A stretch of 64,000 bases of DNA from Lingula anatina. Lineage: Eukaryota > Animalia > Brachiopoda. The DNA lies in NCBI GenBank assembly GCA_051362555.1, contig CM120648.1, forward strand, positions 9,916,587-9,980,586, written 5' to 3'. Position 1 is the first letter of the stretch. Each line of letters begins with the position of its first letter. This document shows, piece after piece, positions 35,075 through 57,697 of the stretch. A program made the position numbers and the translations under genes. Under the pieces are notes generated by a model. It saw only the letters and a program-made list of their open reading frames with translations, was not told where the DNA came from and did no database searches.

Positions 35075-37624
35075 ATGGCTTCCGGTCTGATGGACGGGTT
35101 CATAGCGTCCTTCGCTGAAAAGGTTGGAGCTACGGTACCAGCAATACGACTGTTTAGTTCTCTTTTGTTAGGTAATGTTGAGAATATTCATTTCTTTAAA
35201 TATATATTGAATGTGGTAGTTTTGGATGTGTCTGAAGCATCGTATCGAGTTATTTATAGTACACGTGTTCCAGTTTCTTTAGTGCTCTTTTATAACGCAA
35301 GTTGTTTTCGCAATCACGTGTGCTCTTGCCCCAGTTCCGAAGTTCAACACTAAACTTGAAAAGCAGTTCACAATGTTTTGTAGATTTGAGAAAATGATTT
35401 TGTGTGGATGTTGGGGTTACTTGCTGTTTTCTTCCCAAATTGCCCCCAAAAGTTTAGAAGAACAAACGTATAGTAAAAATGAAATATTGCCCATCAATTA
35501 CAGTGCTCAGTGATATATATTCATTTGCCACATTGTTCAACGCCCCCATTAACCTGCTCTTTGCCCATGTTTTTTTTTCTTTTTTTTTTATCTTATGGGG
35601 AGGATGGATGGCGTGTTATAAAACTGTATCAGTAGTATGATATTTCCTTCATAAAAAATATTTTTGTGCTTTTATGTTACATACCAGAGACCCCATTGGA
35701 TTTATCATATATGGTTACAGTGACATTGAAGGAACCACCAAACAAAGTTTTATTTAACACTCAGAAATTAATTGACAGTGTGAAAGTCACCAAATTTGAA
35801 TGCTAGCAGAAGCAGTGGAATGAAGAAAAACATTTTGTTTTTGTTTTATTTTCAAAATTTATTTGAAGAGAAAAATTCCTTGAAAATACCATATTTAAAT
35901 GGGTGATTATCAGGGGCGGATCCAGAGATATTTTCTGACAGTCTTCCATATTATATTTGTTGGTCCATCCTCCATTTTTTTGACCGTCTTCCGACAGAAA
36001 AAATTAGATACCCGTCAATGTAAACTTGAAAATCTGACCGTCTTCCGGAAGACCCAGAAGACGGCCTAAATCCGCCCCTGGATTATGGTGTCGGGCGGAA
36101 GAAAGTGCAAATTTAAAGAAACCATCTCAATGATTATCAGTACTTGTACTTTTCATTATAATTAGGTATTTCAATTCATATATTCATGTATATATGTACC
36201 ATTCACATGTGCCCTTTAAAGGTCACTAATCAGAAAGAAAAACAGCTTCTCTCTGTATAGCAACATTAGACCCCATTTCTATTGATACCACTGGTCTACC
36301 TTGATCAACCCAACTGATGAGTGCAATCAGCGTGATTTTTAAAACTAAATTACACATTTTCTCTTGTTACTGATGTACTTATAAAACTAATAGCCTTTCT
36401 ATATTCTGCTTAATTCTGCTTAATTGATCAGATACTAGTAAGCTAATTGCTCTCAGGGAGGGCCCCATTAGAGTTGGATCAATCTACATAGACCTATGGT
36501 GACTACTAGAATGGATATAATCCCTATATTCCAAATCATCGCATTGTTGAAGTACGCTCTAGGAAGTATACTCTTGAAGTTCTAATAGCACGCAGAGAGT
36601 AATTAAGAGAGTAAAATTTTTATGTAGCAAAAAATTAACTCAACTGGAAATTTTACCCTCCTTTTAATTACCATTCATAGTCAACATAACAACATTACTT
36701 GCTCAATAATCTTCATGGAATTTTGATCTTGAGAGATGTTTTGGAAGTGTAATATTCTAGTTTGTTTCTAGTAATTCTCATAAGTGAGGTTGAAGCTGGA
36801 GCATTTAAAGTGATGGTAAAAGTTAAATGTCTTTTTAAAGACATTTTTTCTGTAAATGATATTGAAATGTCATTTATAGAAAAATGGTTACATATACACA
36901 GTGAATTGCAGAAGCAAAGAAGTATTGTGGAAAAAAAAAACCCCGATCGATAAGAAGATTTCCAAATTTGAGCCATCAATCTACACATTAAATGAATATT
37001 GAGTCTTATCTCAGATCTTTGACCTTTGATAAAGGCCCTTCGTAGTATGGCGGAACAGAAGCCGTAGCCATTTCAGCATGCTTTTCAGATTCTTGGGATT
37101 TTATCATGCCCTTCACTCTAAATGTCATGTTTATGCATGTAATAATTCAGTTTGCAATGTTAACACTTGTCCTATGCCCAGTACCAGTAGTAAAATACAA
37201 GCCAAGCATTAAAATTTGGCCAGTAACTGAACACTGGGCAGCCAGCAGATTCATTTTTTTTTTTTTTGCCTTTTAAGTAATGATAACAAAAGTCAGGAAG
37301 ATTTAAGGGGCAAGCTGCAATTAATAGAGTGGTATTATTTAAAGTAGCTATGCATATTAATTGAAGAAAAAAATGTTCTCTACCAATCTATTTTTGAGGA
37401 ATTTCATTTCTGAGAGACACTGTTTGCTTGGAGGGTGTATATCATTTATCGCCTTGCTTTTCCAGGTTACCCTTTAGCTTTTATATATAGGAACTTCATC
37501 TTTGGCAAGCCGTCCAATGTACAGCATGTTTTCTTTGCCTTATGTGGACTTTGGCTGTGTTACTTCAACTTTGGTAAGTGTCTAATTTTGTGGTTGCCAA
37601 TATGCTCTATGTTAAAATCTTTGC

Positions 37625-37694
<70 letters not shown>

Positions 37695-39144
37695 CTTTTT
37701 TTATCTATCTATATGTTGAGAAAAATACTATCTTGTGAATAAAAAGATGTATATGGATTTTCACAAAAACTGAATATTGGAATAATTGAAGTAGTAGAAA
37801 TGTTTGTAATATATTTGGCTGCCCATTTCAGGTTTCAATGTCCTTCACTCCATCGCAAACATTGTGGTCATCTATGCATTACTATTGGCCATAGGAGGGA
37901 CTCAATTGTCTGTGGCCCTGGCTTTTATTTTTAACTTGGTGAGTGGTAAGCTATTTAAAGTAAAATCTTTTTTGATTATTACAAAGGTAGGCAAGAGTCA
38001 CTGGTAAAGGTATTAATTGACTGATCCTTTCTAGTATATACTATATATTTCTGAACAGAAAATATGAGAAAAAATAAGAAAAAAAGGGGGCGATGGATCA
38101 TAGTAACCATTTTCATACCTGAATCGATAAGTTACTGTGAAATTAAGGTTTTAATCAGTCTTTTTTTTCATGGTAATTCACCAGCAATCCCAAAAAGACA
38201 GAAACCCATATTTGGTACATCCAAAATGATATTTTGTATGGCATCATAAATATTTAAAATGCTTGAATAATATGTGATTTTCTTTAGATTCCATTCAAAA
38301 ACAATACAAAACAGGTGTGCAGCAAATTTTCAGGAAAAAATGTTCCACCCCTCCCCTCTAGGTCCTATACCTATGATTATATATGTTACTTCCAGGGTTA
38401 CCTGATACATGTGTTGTTTACTTAGTTACATGATTGTTGTTTACTTCCAGGGTTACCTGGTTGCTGCATATTACTTCACTGCTACAGACGGGTATGATAT
38501 TCGCTGGACAACCCCGCACTGCGTGCTCTGTCTGCGCCTCACTGGGCTTGTGTTCGATGTCTACGATGGAAGGAAAGACCAAGTAAGTGCTGTATTTACC
38601 ACTTGCCAGATGTTGGATATGCACATTTATTCATGAATTATTTTGCAGTTGAACACAACTTGCCTGAAAGTTGATATTTTGGCTGGCAATCCTTTGAGTC
38701 TTAAAGTGCCATGCTAATAGCCACTGGTCAATTGGACAAAATCCCTGGTAGAATATTTAGTGCACAGCACAACATACTAGTATCTTGGTCAGATGGTCAG
38801 TTTCAGACCATGTTGGCCATTCAACCTTAATAAGTTGTATTAACTCTTTTCAATTCCAGAAGTCTCTGTCCAGTGACCAGCAGTCCACAGCTCTGGACAC
38901 TGTCCCCAGTCCACTGGAGGTCCTGGGATACTCTTATCACTTTGGGGGATTTATGACTGGACCACAGGTAACTGAATAATTATGGATTTGGGCATTATGT
39001 TTGTGTTGTAAGCTGCAAGTTTAGAGTGTGTGTGTGTGTGTGCGTGTGTGTGTGTGTGTGTGTGTAAGTGGTTAATATACCATTATATTAAATAATATGT
39101 TATGCGTCATGTTCATTTGTAACAGGTGCCATTTTATAGAGAAA

Positions 39145-39183
<39 letters not shown>

Positions 39184-42100
39184 ATGTCTCTGTTCAAAAA
39201 GGACAAGTGTGACTGTTTCCTTTTGTCAATTTGAAATTTTGGTTGATAAAACTTTGTTAGCTAACCATTTATAAATTCATGTATTGCTGCATGGTAAAAT
39301 ATATTGTAAACAAACCACTTGAGATACCTTCATACTAAATTTTTCATCTTCATGTCAGGGTTATACATTACTAAACACTTTCCTGAGTGTTAACATGTCA
39401 TTTTTTTGTTTCAGTTTCCTCTGAAGCGTTATCGTGGTTTTGTTGAAGGTGCATTTGGCAACAAGCAGACAGGGGGACCTCCAGCAAGGTAGCAATTAGT
39501 ACACCCCCCGCCCCCCCCCCGCCCCCCCCCCCCCCCCCCGGCCCCCCCTTTCCCCACTGCCTATTTCTCTCATGCCAAGGAAAAAGTAACATTTTTACAG
39601 CCTGCATTTATAGAATTTCACATTCAATTTGTGTGATACACATACCTAGCTGACAAACCTTTATTGATATCAGTTTGGTATGGGCTGTTTTAGGATCATA
39701 GAGCTCTACAAAATAAAACAAACCGTGGTTCCCTTGCCCTCACATTGGTACAATTAGAAACAGACTTGGGTTTCAGCATGTAATGGCCGTCAAATTGCAC
39801 CAGTTGACCTCAAGACTCTAGCAGACAAAAAAGGACCTTGCACTCCAGTATTTGCAACATTGTAAAAACATTGCTCACATTCAGAATGGATGATCCATGG
39901 ACTAACTGATCTGCCAGCTGAATATAACTGACCCCACTTAAGAGCAAGCCAACTAATCCCCTTATGGTCTCCCCTTCTCCACATGTGCCATTAAATGGAT
40001 TAATTCTTGGTTTTGAGGTTTAATTGCTAGGCTAGTGTGAAGGCTGGGAGACAATCAGGGGATAAGGTGGCATTATTTTTAAGTGGGTCGGCCATATTTA
40101 GTCTGCGGATCAGTTTGGCTGTGAACTAACATGTTCTAAAAGCACTCCCGAATTGAAGCTTATTTTTTGTGCTTTGTTTGTTATTGTAGCATCATACCTG
40201 GTATGAGGAGGCTGAGTCTGGGGGTGGTCTATATTGCTGTCTACCAGGTGGGGCATCAGTTCTTCCCTGGACTCTATATGGTGGGAGACGAATTTGCTGT
40301 GAGTATGGACTTGGGTCAGTGGTCAGGTTAAGGATTTCTGGAAAGGGAGCCCAATTTTTTTTCTTTTTTCATCGTCATAATGGACTTGGGCTGGTGGTCA
40401 GATTTAGAATTTCTGCAACAAGAGCCCTATTTTTTGTCTTTTTGTATTGTCATACGGTCATAATAAAAAGTGAACCAGTCACTTAGTTTAAATTTAAGAA
40501 GACTGGGAGGCAAGTTTAAATTTAAAAAGACTGGGAGCCGTGGGAGGGCATGGACTTCTTCTCAACTTTGCTATTGTTTTGAAGGTTTTGTAGTTTGTAA
40601 ATTATTGTTGTGAAAATTTTTTCTTCATTATCATTATTTTGCAGTCTCTGCACCTCTGGCAAAAGTTGCTGTACATTGGAATATGGGGGAAGTTTGCTTT
40701 GTACAAATATATCGCAGTCTGGATGATTGTGGTGAGTTGTGTATTCATGGAGTAAAAAATTCAAAACTTATTCCTAAAGCCAGAATGTTTACTGTATCAT
40801 TACACTGAACAGCTGTTAGTGCAGCCCTAGAATATTTAATAGGTTTTAGCATTTTCAAGGTCTAGACTGGGAGACATAAGTAGCTTTATGCTAAGATATG
40901 GAGCTCTACTTAGTTTGATCCAACTCCGAAAGAACTCTCCCTGAATGCAATTAGATTAACACCCCTACTGATTGTGAGTAGAATACAGAAAGGCTGGTGA
41001 TTATACAAGTATGTTAGAAACAAGGGATTGCATTCAGCAAGAGTTCACAGGGAGTTGGATCGATCTACATAGAACTATAGTCTCACTGGGAGTGAGCCCA
41101 TAGAAAATATGACTTTGGGACACTTACAAAGGTATGTAGTATACCTTAAATTTATTTGATTATTTTCAGGAAGGTGCATGTATTTTGACTGGACTTACTT
41201 ATAATGGAACAGATCAAAATGGAAATGATCTCTGGGATGGCTGTATCAATGTTAAGCTTGTAAAATTTGAAACAGCCACAACGTTTCAGGAGAAAATAGA
41301 TTCCTTTAATTTAAACACAAATCTTTGGATGTTAAAGTAAGTATGAGGAAAGTAGAAAAAGGACAGGTGGTTTGATCTTGTCTTTCTAATGTAATTTAAT
41401 GTTGTAAATTGCTAAATTCTTCTCTATAAGTATTTAGAATTTAAATACAAGTTTTTAAGAAGTATGTGAATCCTAAATGTAGATGTCCCTGTCTTCTGAG
41501 AGCTGAACACTAATATGATTTTGACAAATCCTGCTGGAAACTGCCAGACACTTATAAATGAGGTCTCCTAGATGTTCCATTGAAATGCTGTATACACCTT
41601 TTAAAATACACTTCTGGATGTCCACAGTGTTAAAAATTTGAGTCTGTGCGGTGAAAAAACTGTGGATGTACAACTTTGATCTATTGTCTTGACCTTTACA
41701 ATTTTCATTAAAAAACTTAAATGCATGGTTGTTTTTATATATTTACCCCTGTTCCAGATATGTATATAAAAGACTGCGTTTCTTGGGTCACAAAGAGATC
41801 TCACAAGCAGTGACATTATTCACCCTGGCGGTGTGGCATGGCATCCACTCAGGCTACTACATGAACTTCGCTCTAGAATTCCCCATCGTGAACATGGAGA
41901 AAGATGTGAGTAGAGGCGGCTAAAGAGAGTCCAAGTGTGTGGCACTGTGTATTATTCTTGGCACCATCAGTTGTAAGTGGCTTGTTGAGGACAGAAGTAA
42001 AGAAATTTTTTTCTGAATCCTTTTTTTTTTATTTGTGGAAAGAGGTTGGTCTGAAATTTTGCAATATGATGGATGCCAGGGCTTGACACAGACTTTTTGG

Positions 42101-42670
42101 TAACTTTCTCTTTAAGGCAAGCAGGTCTGTAAAATCTGTTTGACCCACTCCAAAATCAATTTTGGGATGTTCTTATAGTGGGGGGGATCTTTCCAAAATC
42201 CAATTTATGTCAGGCAAGTGACCTATTAGCAAGAAACTCGTGTTTGCGAGCAAGTACGAATAAAATTCTAGTTGCACCATGACAGAAGTCACATGCACCA
42301 AGCAAGTAACACCAGTATGTCAAGGCCCTTTTTTGTCTGACAATGGTACAAGCAGCAGAGAAATATTACCAATTTGAAAGATGTTCATTGTGTTTCAGAT
42401 ACAAAGAGAAGTGGACAGAAACCCCACATTAAAGAGGCTATGCAATCATCCCCTGGTGTATCCTGTGCATTGGGTGTTCAGGAAAATATTTGTGGAAGTG
42501 TTCTTGGGGTATCCTCTCATTGGATTTGTACTGCTCACTTACGAGAGGTGGTACAAGGTGGGTGTTTGCTTGATATCTTTATGAGCTCAGTCTGTTCCTT
42601 AAACTTGTTCTCTTTTGTGTTTATTGGCTCTCCTAGTACAGTTGCCCTGGAGAAATAATCTTGTGTGTGT

Positions 42671-42701
<31 letters not shown>

Positions 42702-43341
42702 GGGGGGAGATGTGGGGCAAAGCAAAAAAATTGCCGGTAAGTAAACAAAACGTGCAAAATTTTGTTTGCTCAAAGTTGGAGAAGTTTTGAATTACTGAAT
42801 AGATCTGCATGGTTACACAGTCTTTTTGTTTCTTTCATGATTTTCACCCTAAAGTCAGTTTTATGCCTAACTTCTTTAGTCAACTTGTCACATTGTTAAA
42901 GTGCCATGCACTCATTTTATTAACAGTTTTTCAATTTAACAAGAAATACGTCAATTGTGGGCATTTTGCAGGTTTCTTATAAACAAGAAAAATTATTTTT
43001 GATGAGAGACATACAAACAAATACATGAAGAAGAATTGTTAAGAATATTAAAAAAAATTACAAACTATTTCTGGCCTCCTGACTCCACTTTTTAAGGCAT
43101 ATATCAAGGGATGGCTAGTTTTAATATTGCAGATTGTATTACAGTAACTAAGCTAATAACTGTTACATCAGAATTTCTTTGTTCACTACAGATCTACAGT
43201 GAAGTGTACTGGTGCGGCCATATTTTATTTTTCTCCTGGCCCCTGGTCTATATGCTGCTGAAAGCAACTGTGCTCAAGAGACCCAAAGCCAAGGTGGAGA
43301 AGGACGCTCAGATGCAACAGAAACTAGTTGATGCCAAGTGA
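35075..43341 (+). CDS. LPCAT3: Lysophospholipid acyltransferase 5 (LPCAT3/MBOAT5), ~481 aa, 12 coding exons
   Basis: Exons 35075-35171, 37466-37573, 37832-37938, 38451-38582, 38860-38967, 39415-39488, 40190-40298, 40645-40731, 41170-41336, 41758-41905, 42399-42557, 43192-43341. Motifs SLLLGYPLA, YDIRWTTPHCVLCLRL, SFNLNTN, YVYKRLRFLG and the MBOAT His motif AVWHGIHSGYY. Confidence 0.93.
35911..36080. mobile_element. MITE family B, copy 1
   Basis: TIR caggggcggat...atccgcccctg, flanked on both sides by gattat; homologous to 62373-62559. Confidence 0.7.
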
Positions 43342-46055
43342 GTGGGAGGATGGCATTCTTATGAAAATAAATTAGTGTAATGCAATTATACTGTCTGTAA
43401 CGCAGTGCAAAGTGACACAGTGCTATTTTATCGGAATATTTACATTGACTCAGATTGAAATGTGTGAAATTCTCAAAAAAAAAAAAAAAAAAAAAAAAAG
43501 TGCAATAATAATAATAATGATAATGATAAGGTCATTGGGGACTAACATTTTTGTCATATGCATTGACCCATTAGTTGGCCATTTTTCCTTTTTAATTACA
43601 GTTGGTGCTTAAACTAATTGTTTTTTTTTTTATTTTATTTAGAGTTGAAAAAACAGATTAAAAAGAAAAAGGAGAAAAAAGAAAATAATTCTACGTGATC
43701 CATTTCAAAGCAAAGCCATGATGTTTGGAACATTCCCGATCCACAGAACTGCCATATTTATATAAACAAGATGATGGAGGGTAATCTTAGAGAACTTCAT
43801 ACTCCAGAATCAGTTAAACATGACATCAGGAAGGTGATACACATACCGACTGTTTTAATAAGGGCTGCTTTAATCAGTTGCATTTCAATTATGATTATTA
43901 TTTATTAAAAGTTTGGTTGTAAAGGTGCCTATGGGTAAGTTTCATGTTGTAGACTAGATAGGAGAATTATAATGGATAGTTGTTAGTTATATTGAGGCTT
44001 TAAGTTGTAGTGCTAAACACTTGTTTGTAAAGTTACCACAAGACATTAAGTTTCACATTGAAATATACTGGCTTGCTGTAAGCAACTGGCATTTGTGTCT
44101 GCAGATGTTAAAATTCAGATGTTAATATTTAAATGGGCAGTTATGATTTCACAAGATTTAATTTGAGTCTTTTAGTTTCTCACAAAAATATTTCTGCCTT
44201 GAATGACTGGAGTCTGGTTTTGGATATTATCAATGACACATTGATTTTGGAGATAGATAAAGCAATTCCGTTTGAATTTTGAGAGCAGTTATCAAACAGA
44301 TGATACTAGGTAAAATTGATTTAGAAAGTCTTCAGCTATTTATTGTTAGAAAAGTACTATCTTGGAATTTATAAGTAGTTTTTGGTGTTTTATCCTGTGT
44401 AGTTATTGATAATGAAAATAGACATAAGACCCTTTTTACTTTTAGCTGAATAATGCAATTTTCAGTTAACAAATTTTACCACACAGTGTATGTGCCATGT
44501 GATCATTTCATTAAGTTTTCAAATTTAATCAGTTAACAAGAAAGATTATCTAAACTTCGGGCATTATGCATGTTTCTTGTAAGCAAAGGAAATTATTTTT
44601 CTAATGAAAGACATAGATATATCTAAAGAATCCTAGTTTTTTTTATAAGGTTAAATGTCTTGAGTATAACAAAATGTCAGTATATCCTGAAGAAAGTATA
44701 GTATTTTTCAAGGATATTTAAATATGCTATAGATATAAAAATACAGATTATATAGATATAAAAATACAAATAGGAATCATTTTCTAAAAAAAAAAAAAGA
44801 ACAGAACACATGCTATATCTTTTTTATTTAAGAGCAGTATACCACAAGTTGAAAAAATAAAATGTAGTAGCATTTTTGTCATGATACATAGATTTTTTGA
44901 ATTTGTTGCATTTTATCCACCAAGCATTTAATCATAATAGCAGCCTAACAAAACCAAACTTCAAATAAGGTATTGCTGTTTAAGCTCATTTAAATGGAGA
45001 GCTGAAACTTTCTCAAATATATTCCAGCCGTTTTTAGAATTAATCTGAATTGTCATCATAGTCCCATTTTAATACTATATAATTATTTGCTTCTGTTAGA
45101 TGACTTTTGTGAAGATTTTCATTCTGCTACATTAATCAAATTGTCATGACCTTAAGTCATTTTTTTCGCCATAATAGTGGATCAGCCTTATAGTAGTTTT
45201 TGTAAAAAGTGTTACTTTTATAAAAGAAACTACCGAAACAATAGGGAATAACTGAAAGTCTAATAGATGCATAGAGTCTGTCACCGAAGTGTTTGGCCCT
45301 CCTCGTTAGAATGGCGCTGTTAAAGAAAAAAAAAAACGTGCCTTCAGTGACCACGACCGCTTAGACCACGCCCAAGTCATCCATGTGCTCGCTCCGAACC
45401 TTGGTGAATAAATGTTGTCTCTCTCGATGATTATCTGGAGCGAAAAAGACTCTCATACTATCAGACCAGCCTTAACGGAACTATTGGGACAGGTGGACAG
45501 TTTTTATAGCGTATAACGTTCAATATGGTTGTGATACTTAGAAAAATCTTTTTTAGTACGGTATTTGTGCAGCGGAGCCTTGAGATGATTATATGGTGCA
45601 GATAGGAGATTGTCTTCCTGATTGAGTGTCATAATATGGTTTAATGTAAAGAAGGTTATGTATGTTTAGGTTTAATTTTGCTTGGCAAATACTAACAGGT
45701 TTGTGCTCGAGACGACATAAAGCACAAGGTAGCTTTGTTTTCGTTATTTCATTATTTATATGATTATTGTTCGTCCATCAAATTCAGTGGTATTGTGCCG
45801 CAACATTGGGTCTGCACTCTCTGTTAAGTTGACATTATTTTATGAAAAATTCAATTGTCGAGTTGTTCTTAAAAAATGAAAATAATAAGTAAGGAAGTTG
45901 GTATGAAGTTATTTTTTTAAAATGGGAATGTTTACGTTGCAAGGTGAACCATAAGTTCATGCAGTTTGCAGACTTGAGTATGTTGCGCCTGGGTGAATGT
46001 TCAGACACCCGAACCAGTTTAGGTCTCAAAACCGTTTTCTTTTGTTAACAGCCCT

Positions 46056-46243
46056 AAGAGAGCATTCAGAACAGCGTACCGACTAGTTCGCGGATCAAAT
46101 ATGGCCGCCTCACTTGAATGCTTGTTGTGCAATCTCCGCGGGAAATATATTCTGTGTTTAATCGGGAATTAAACAACAAGCTTTTTAGTGGGTCGCCATG
46201 TTTGATCCGCGGATCTGTTAGTCCTCTGTTCTGAATGTGCTAA
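46056..46243. mobile_element. MITE family D, copy 1
   Basis: Long TIR gcattcagaacag...cgcggatcaaatatggc and gccatgtttgatccgcgg...ctgttctgaatg. Confidence 0.7.
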
Positions 46244-48299
46244 GTCAAGCGGAGAAGCATCTGTAAAGAGTTAATGCTGGTGTTGGTGGCCGGTTGTTTT
46301 GATTGTCTGATGGCATCATCCAGACCTAGACCGGTTTGGGTTTTACTACGTGTTTGAGGACTCCTGACTCAGTTGCTGTTGTTGTTATTGTGTTCAGCTT
46401 CTATTTTATTGTACAGAGAGAAGTGAAGCCAGTGAAACCATATTGAAAAATGTTTTGGTTTCTTATATAAAAGAATGTTAAATAAAAACATTGTGGAAAT
46501 TATGCTGTTGTTTATTTTTGGCAATTCTGTTTTTGTTATTTTTTTTCTGAAGACAGGGGAAAGGCAGGTTTTGTGCTACAAAGAGAGGAGGAAAGCAGGT
46601 TGAAAAAGACGAAGCACTGTTTTAACAATGCTACTTTATCTCTTTCAACAATTAATAAACAATTAAAATTGTTAATTTTTTTTATACGGAGTCATCCAGG
46701 GCGAAAATTATTAGTTCATAAACTATAATCATTATCATATATCATATAATATTCGTTCCACGTATGTAAAGAAGATCTCTGTTAACTATTAGAGGAGCGG
46801 AGTATCAATCGAGAAGTTTCCCAAACTGGAGAGCATTTCTTTGGAAAAATAAGGTAAGAGCTAAATTTATGATCTGTAATTATCAGTAATAGTATCCGTC
46901 TTTTATACAATGTAAGAATGTTTTTGTATAAGGAAACCATGGGCATTGGTGAGGTTTTGGATATGTTTTTGTGTACATATACATGTACGACATTACCCAG
47001 CTTTGCACGAGTTTAGTCCGAGGCAAAATACTCGGAGGTCTGACGAAGGAAGTAGATTTTTGTAAACTACTTGGCCAATGAGCCTGAGGGCAACTTTAAG
47101 CCGTTTTTTTATCAGTTTTAGGTTATTACACAATTTGTTTTCGGCCCAGTAAAATTTTATTCGGACTGCCAGATTTCCGATGTCTATCGGTGCTACGAGT
47201 GGTTTACCGTCTATAATCTTTAGACACGGATCTGGGATTATTTGAAGGGGGGGGGGGCTTTTTTTAAACAATCACAGGTCCCCTTGGCATGGGGTGTGTG
47301 GCCCGCTGAAGCCCCCCCCCCCCCCCCAAAAAAAAAAAAAAAAAAAAAAATTGGCGTTTTGGAACGCGAACGGTGTCATCTGGAAGGGTTTCGAAGGGGG
47401 GTCAGTACCCCCCTGACACCCCCCTAAATCCGCCACTGGTCTTGACAACTAAGTCGACTCTACGTAGACGGCTATCGGATAGTAGCACTTATTTACTTCA
47501 ACTCTCCCAAAACAACATTAGACTTTTGTTAAACCTGGCCCAGGCCCCGGACAGCTCGTCGTGACTTATAAGCGCCCTTCTGCTAAGCGACACTATATGG
47601 AGATAAAGGGGAATATGACACGCCAGGGTGAGGTCGCTGATCAACAAAAAGGCATCATATCAGCCATATAATTGTGAACAGGGATCACGTAGTTGACATA
47701 GTGCGAAAGCGTGAAAAAGGGTGCATATATTGTAACAATAGGGCACCACGAAGTTCCGTCTTATCTCCCCTTCTCTAACCTCGATTTGTTTCATTATTTC
47801 ATCTTTTTACCTTATGTTACAAAGTTGTTGGAACGAAATAACAAGGGACAGATTCCATTTTATAGTCCCTTTGATTTAGACGGGTGTATGTATTTTTGTC
47901 ATCATCGTAAAAGAACTTCCGTGCAAAGAAACTTCTGTGAAACAGAGTATGCCCTCCGTAGATTCGAGCAGGTTATTGCTAGTGTGACGTGCCAAAAATG
48001 GGACTCGTCATCATGGGGGAATGCTCTGATACGTGGGGCCGAGGTTTTGCTACCTTAAGGGCCTAAGCTTCCCTTTATATTTCATATTTTTGTCTTTGTA
48101 GAGGCACACTCTACTTCGTCATTTTGTCATTGTGAATTGCATTTTTCACCTATTTTTGAGGACAAAGTCGTGCGCCCTGTGCACCTTGTTATTGTCATTT
48201 TCAATTGTACTCTTCTCTACAAAATCCAGTTTTATTTACGTAATACTTTCTGCGTCTGCTCTGATACAGGATCAGTCTAAAATCGAGTCTAATTTCAGA

Positions 48300-55704
<7,405 letters not shown>

Positions 55705-57072
55705 ATATTTCAAAAAAAAAAAAAAAAAAAAAACGTATGCCATATAAATTATTTAAAACCAAGCATTACGTCAAGCTGAGGCAGTGAAATAAAGTGTGCA
55801 AAGAAAAACATTTTATCTTTTGAGGTTTTATTTTGATCTGAAATAACGAAAAATGGTTTAAAAAACAATGCTAGAAAATGAAACTTCATACGGAATGAAC
55901 AAAGACACATGGACTGCTATTTTTTTATATATATTTATGAAAACATCCCGTTTATTGCTTACATTAACTGGTGAATAATTGGGTTACATGTTTTGTGATA
56001 ATTGTTTGACAATTTTATTTTAACTTTAACCCTGTTAAATTCATACTCTGTCCACTTTAAAAGTAACGCATCTGTTGATTTAAAGTGAACATTTAAGCAG
56101 CCTACTGCTGATTTGTCTCGTGTCAAATTACACGTAATTTTCTCATATCGAATTCAATTTCCCCTTTTTGTGAACAAGCCACTTTTTAATGGGCTTTTAC
56201 AACTGTCCATTTGTTTGGCAGCACTTTCAATAAATTAACAAGGAAAATTATGAGACTGGGAGAAAAAAAAGTCGAAGTGCTTGTTCACATGTACGTATAC
56301 ATGTATATCTAATGTCGATATAATTTCCGGCCCTTTTTGCGAACTCTGTTTTTCTTCTTTCTCTTCTTCGTTGTAGAGGTCTGTGCTTCCTGCTTGATAT
56401 CGCTGTTAATTCTGCAAAAATAATAAATAAATAAATAAATAAAATGACAATAATGATAATAAAAACAACCGATTGACTCTGTCATACCTGGTGGGAAACT
56501 TGCAGTAATCTGGCTCATTCAGGAGTTTATTTGAGACGAGTGGGGAAGGTGGAATTAATTATTCGCCCAATTAACAAAACAATTATAAAAAGTATGGTAT
56601 CTTGTCCATATAATGCCTAAATATTAGCTTAAATCTGAGAATATACTACTTTGATGGGGTGATTAAAAAGCATAGAGTGAGATGCCAGCGTCAAGATCAC
56701 TTACTATCGGTACGATCGCAATTATAATAATGCAGCGAAGACTTCATTACTGGTTTTAACAAGTACTTATATGTCACATTTAATCATGCTTAATTGGTAT
56801 TATTACCTTATAAAGCTCGATATTTTGCAAAATATTTTTTTCCTGTTTCTTTTATGTGAGCTACATATTTAAGTATGAATATAAATATTTAAGTATAAAT
56901 AAATATTCAATAAAAATTAGCACTTTTAGAGCAAAAACGCCATGTTTATATAGATTTATTTAGCTATCCACTCGCTTATGCACATACTAGTACTGGGTAC
57001 ATGTACAGTGTAGCCTTTATAACGTATCGATCCCTCATGACATTACCGGGGTACATGTATATGATATACACT

Positions 57073-57306
57073 CACACTGGACAATAGGAGTGTCACCCCC
57101 TGAATCAGAGTAATCAAAGTTATGATGCCTGGTCTACTTATAATGTGACTAATGAGTATAAAACCGCTGTACTATGGAATTGTATCGTTGGTCTTTTTGT
57201 GAAATATGAGGTTAATAAAATGATACCAGGAGCATATCGTTCCATAGTCATTTATCTCCCCCAAAGTATTGGTTCAGTAGGGGTGACACTTCTATTGTCC
57301 AGTGTG
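57073..57306. mobile_element. Tc1-type MITE
   Basis: TIR cacactggacaataggagtgtcacccc and ggggtgacacttctattgtccagtgtg. Confidence 0.7.
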
Positions 57307-57697
57307 TACAATATTATCAAACGCCTCTTACTTCGGAAACAACTCGTTGGCCCGTGTGTAATTTACTGCCCAGTATGTATTGTTAACCATCTTGTCATAT
57401 TTGGCGTCCATTATTCCTTTCCATACATTCTGAAATTACCCAGAATCCATTATAATGGGGCATGTAAAGGTCGTAAATCGAATTTTATTATCTACATCTT
57501 CTGGATCCAATGGCGAATCCACCATTCTTTAAGAAGAATCTGGAATCAGGAGTCTTCAAGATAAATAAAAAAAATATAACAACCTGTTCGATGGCGACCA
57601 TCATATTACACTTTGAAATAAAAATCAAGATATCTTTTATTTTGAGTCTCGATCGTAACCAGTGCGCTCTTTTCGCCATAGTCCTATTATTACGTAC

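Noticed and set aside
56309-56411. Lys/Arg-rich minus-strand segment as the last exon of the GT7 gene
   Set aside because: Its acceptor phase does not match the phase-0 donor at 57698 (the join would give N*); unresolved without cDNA.
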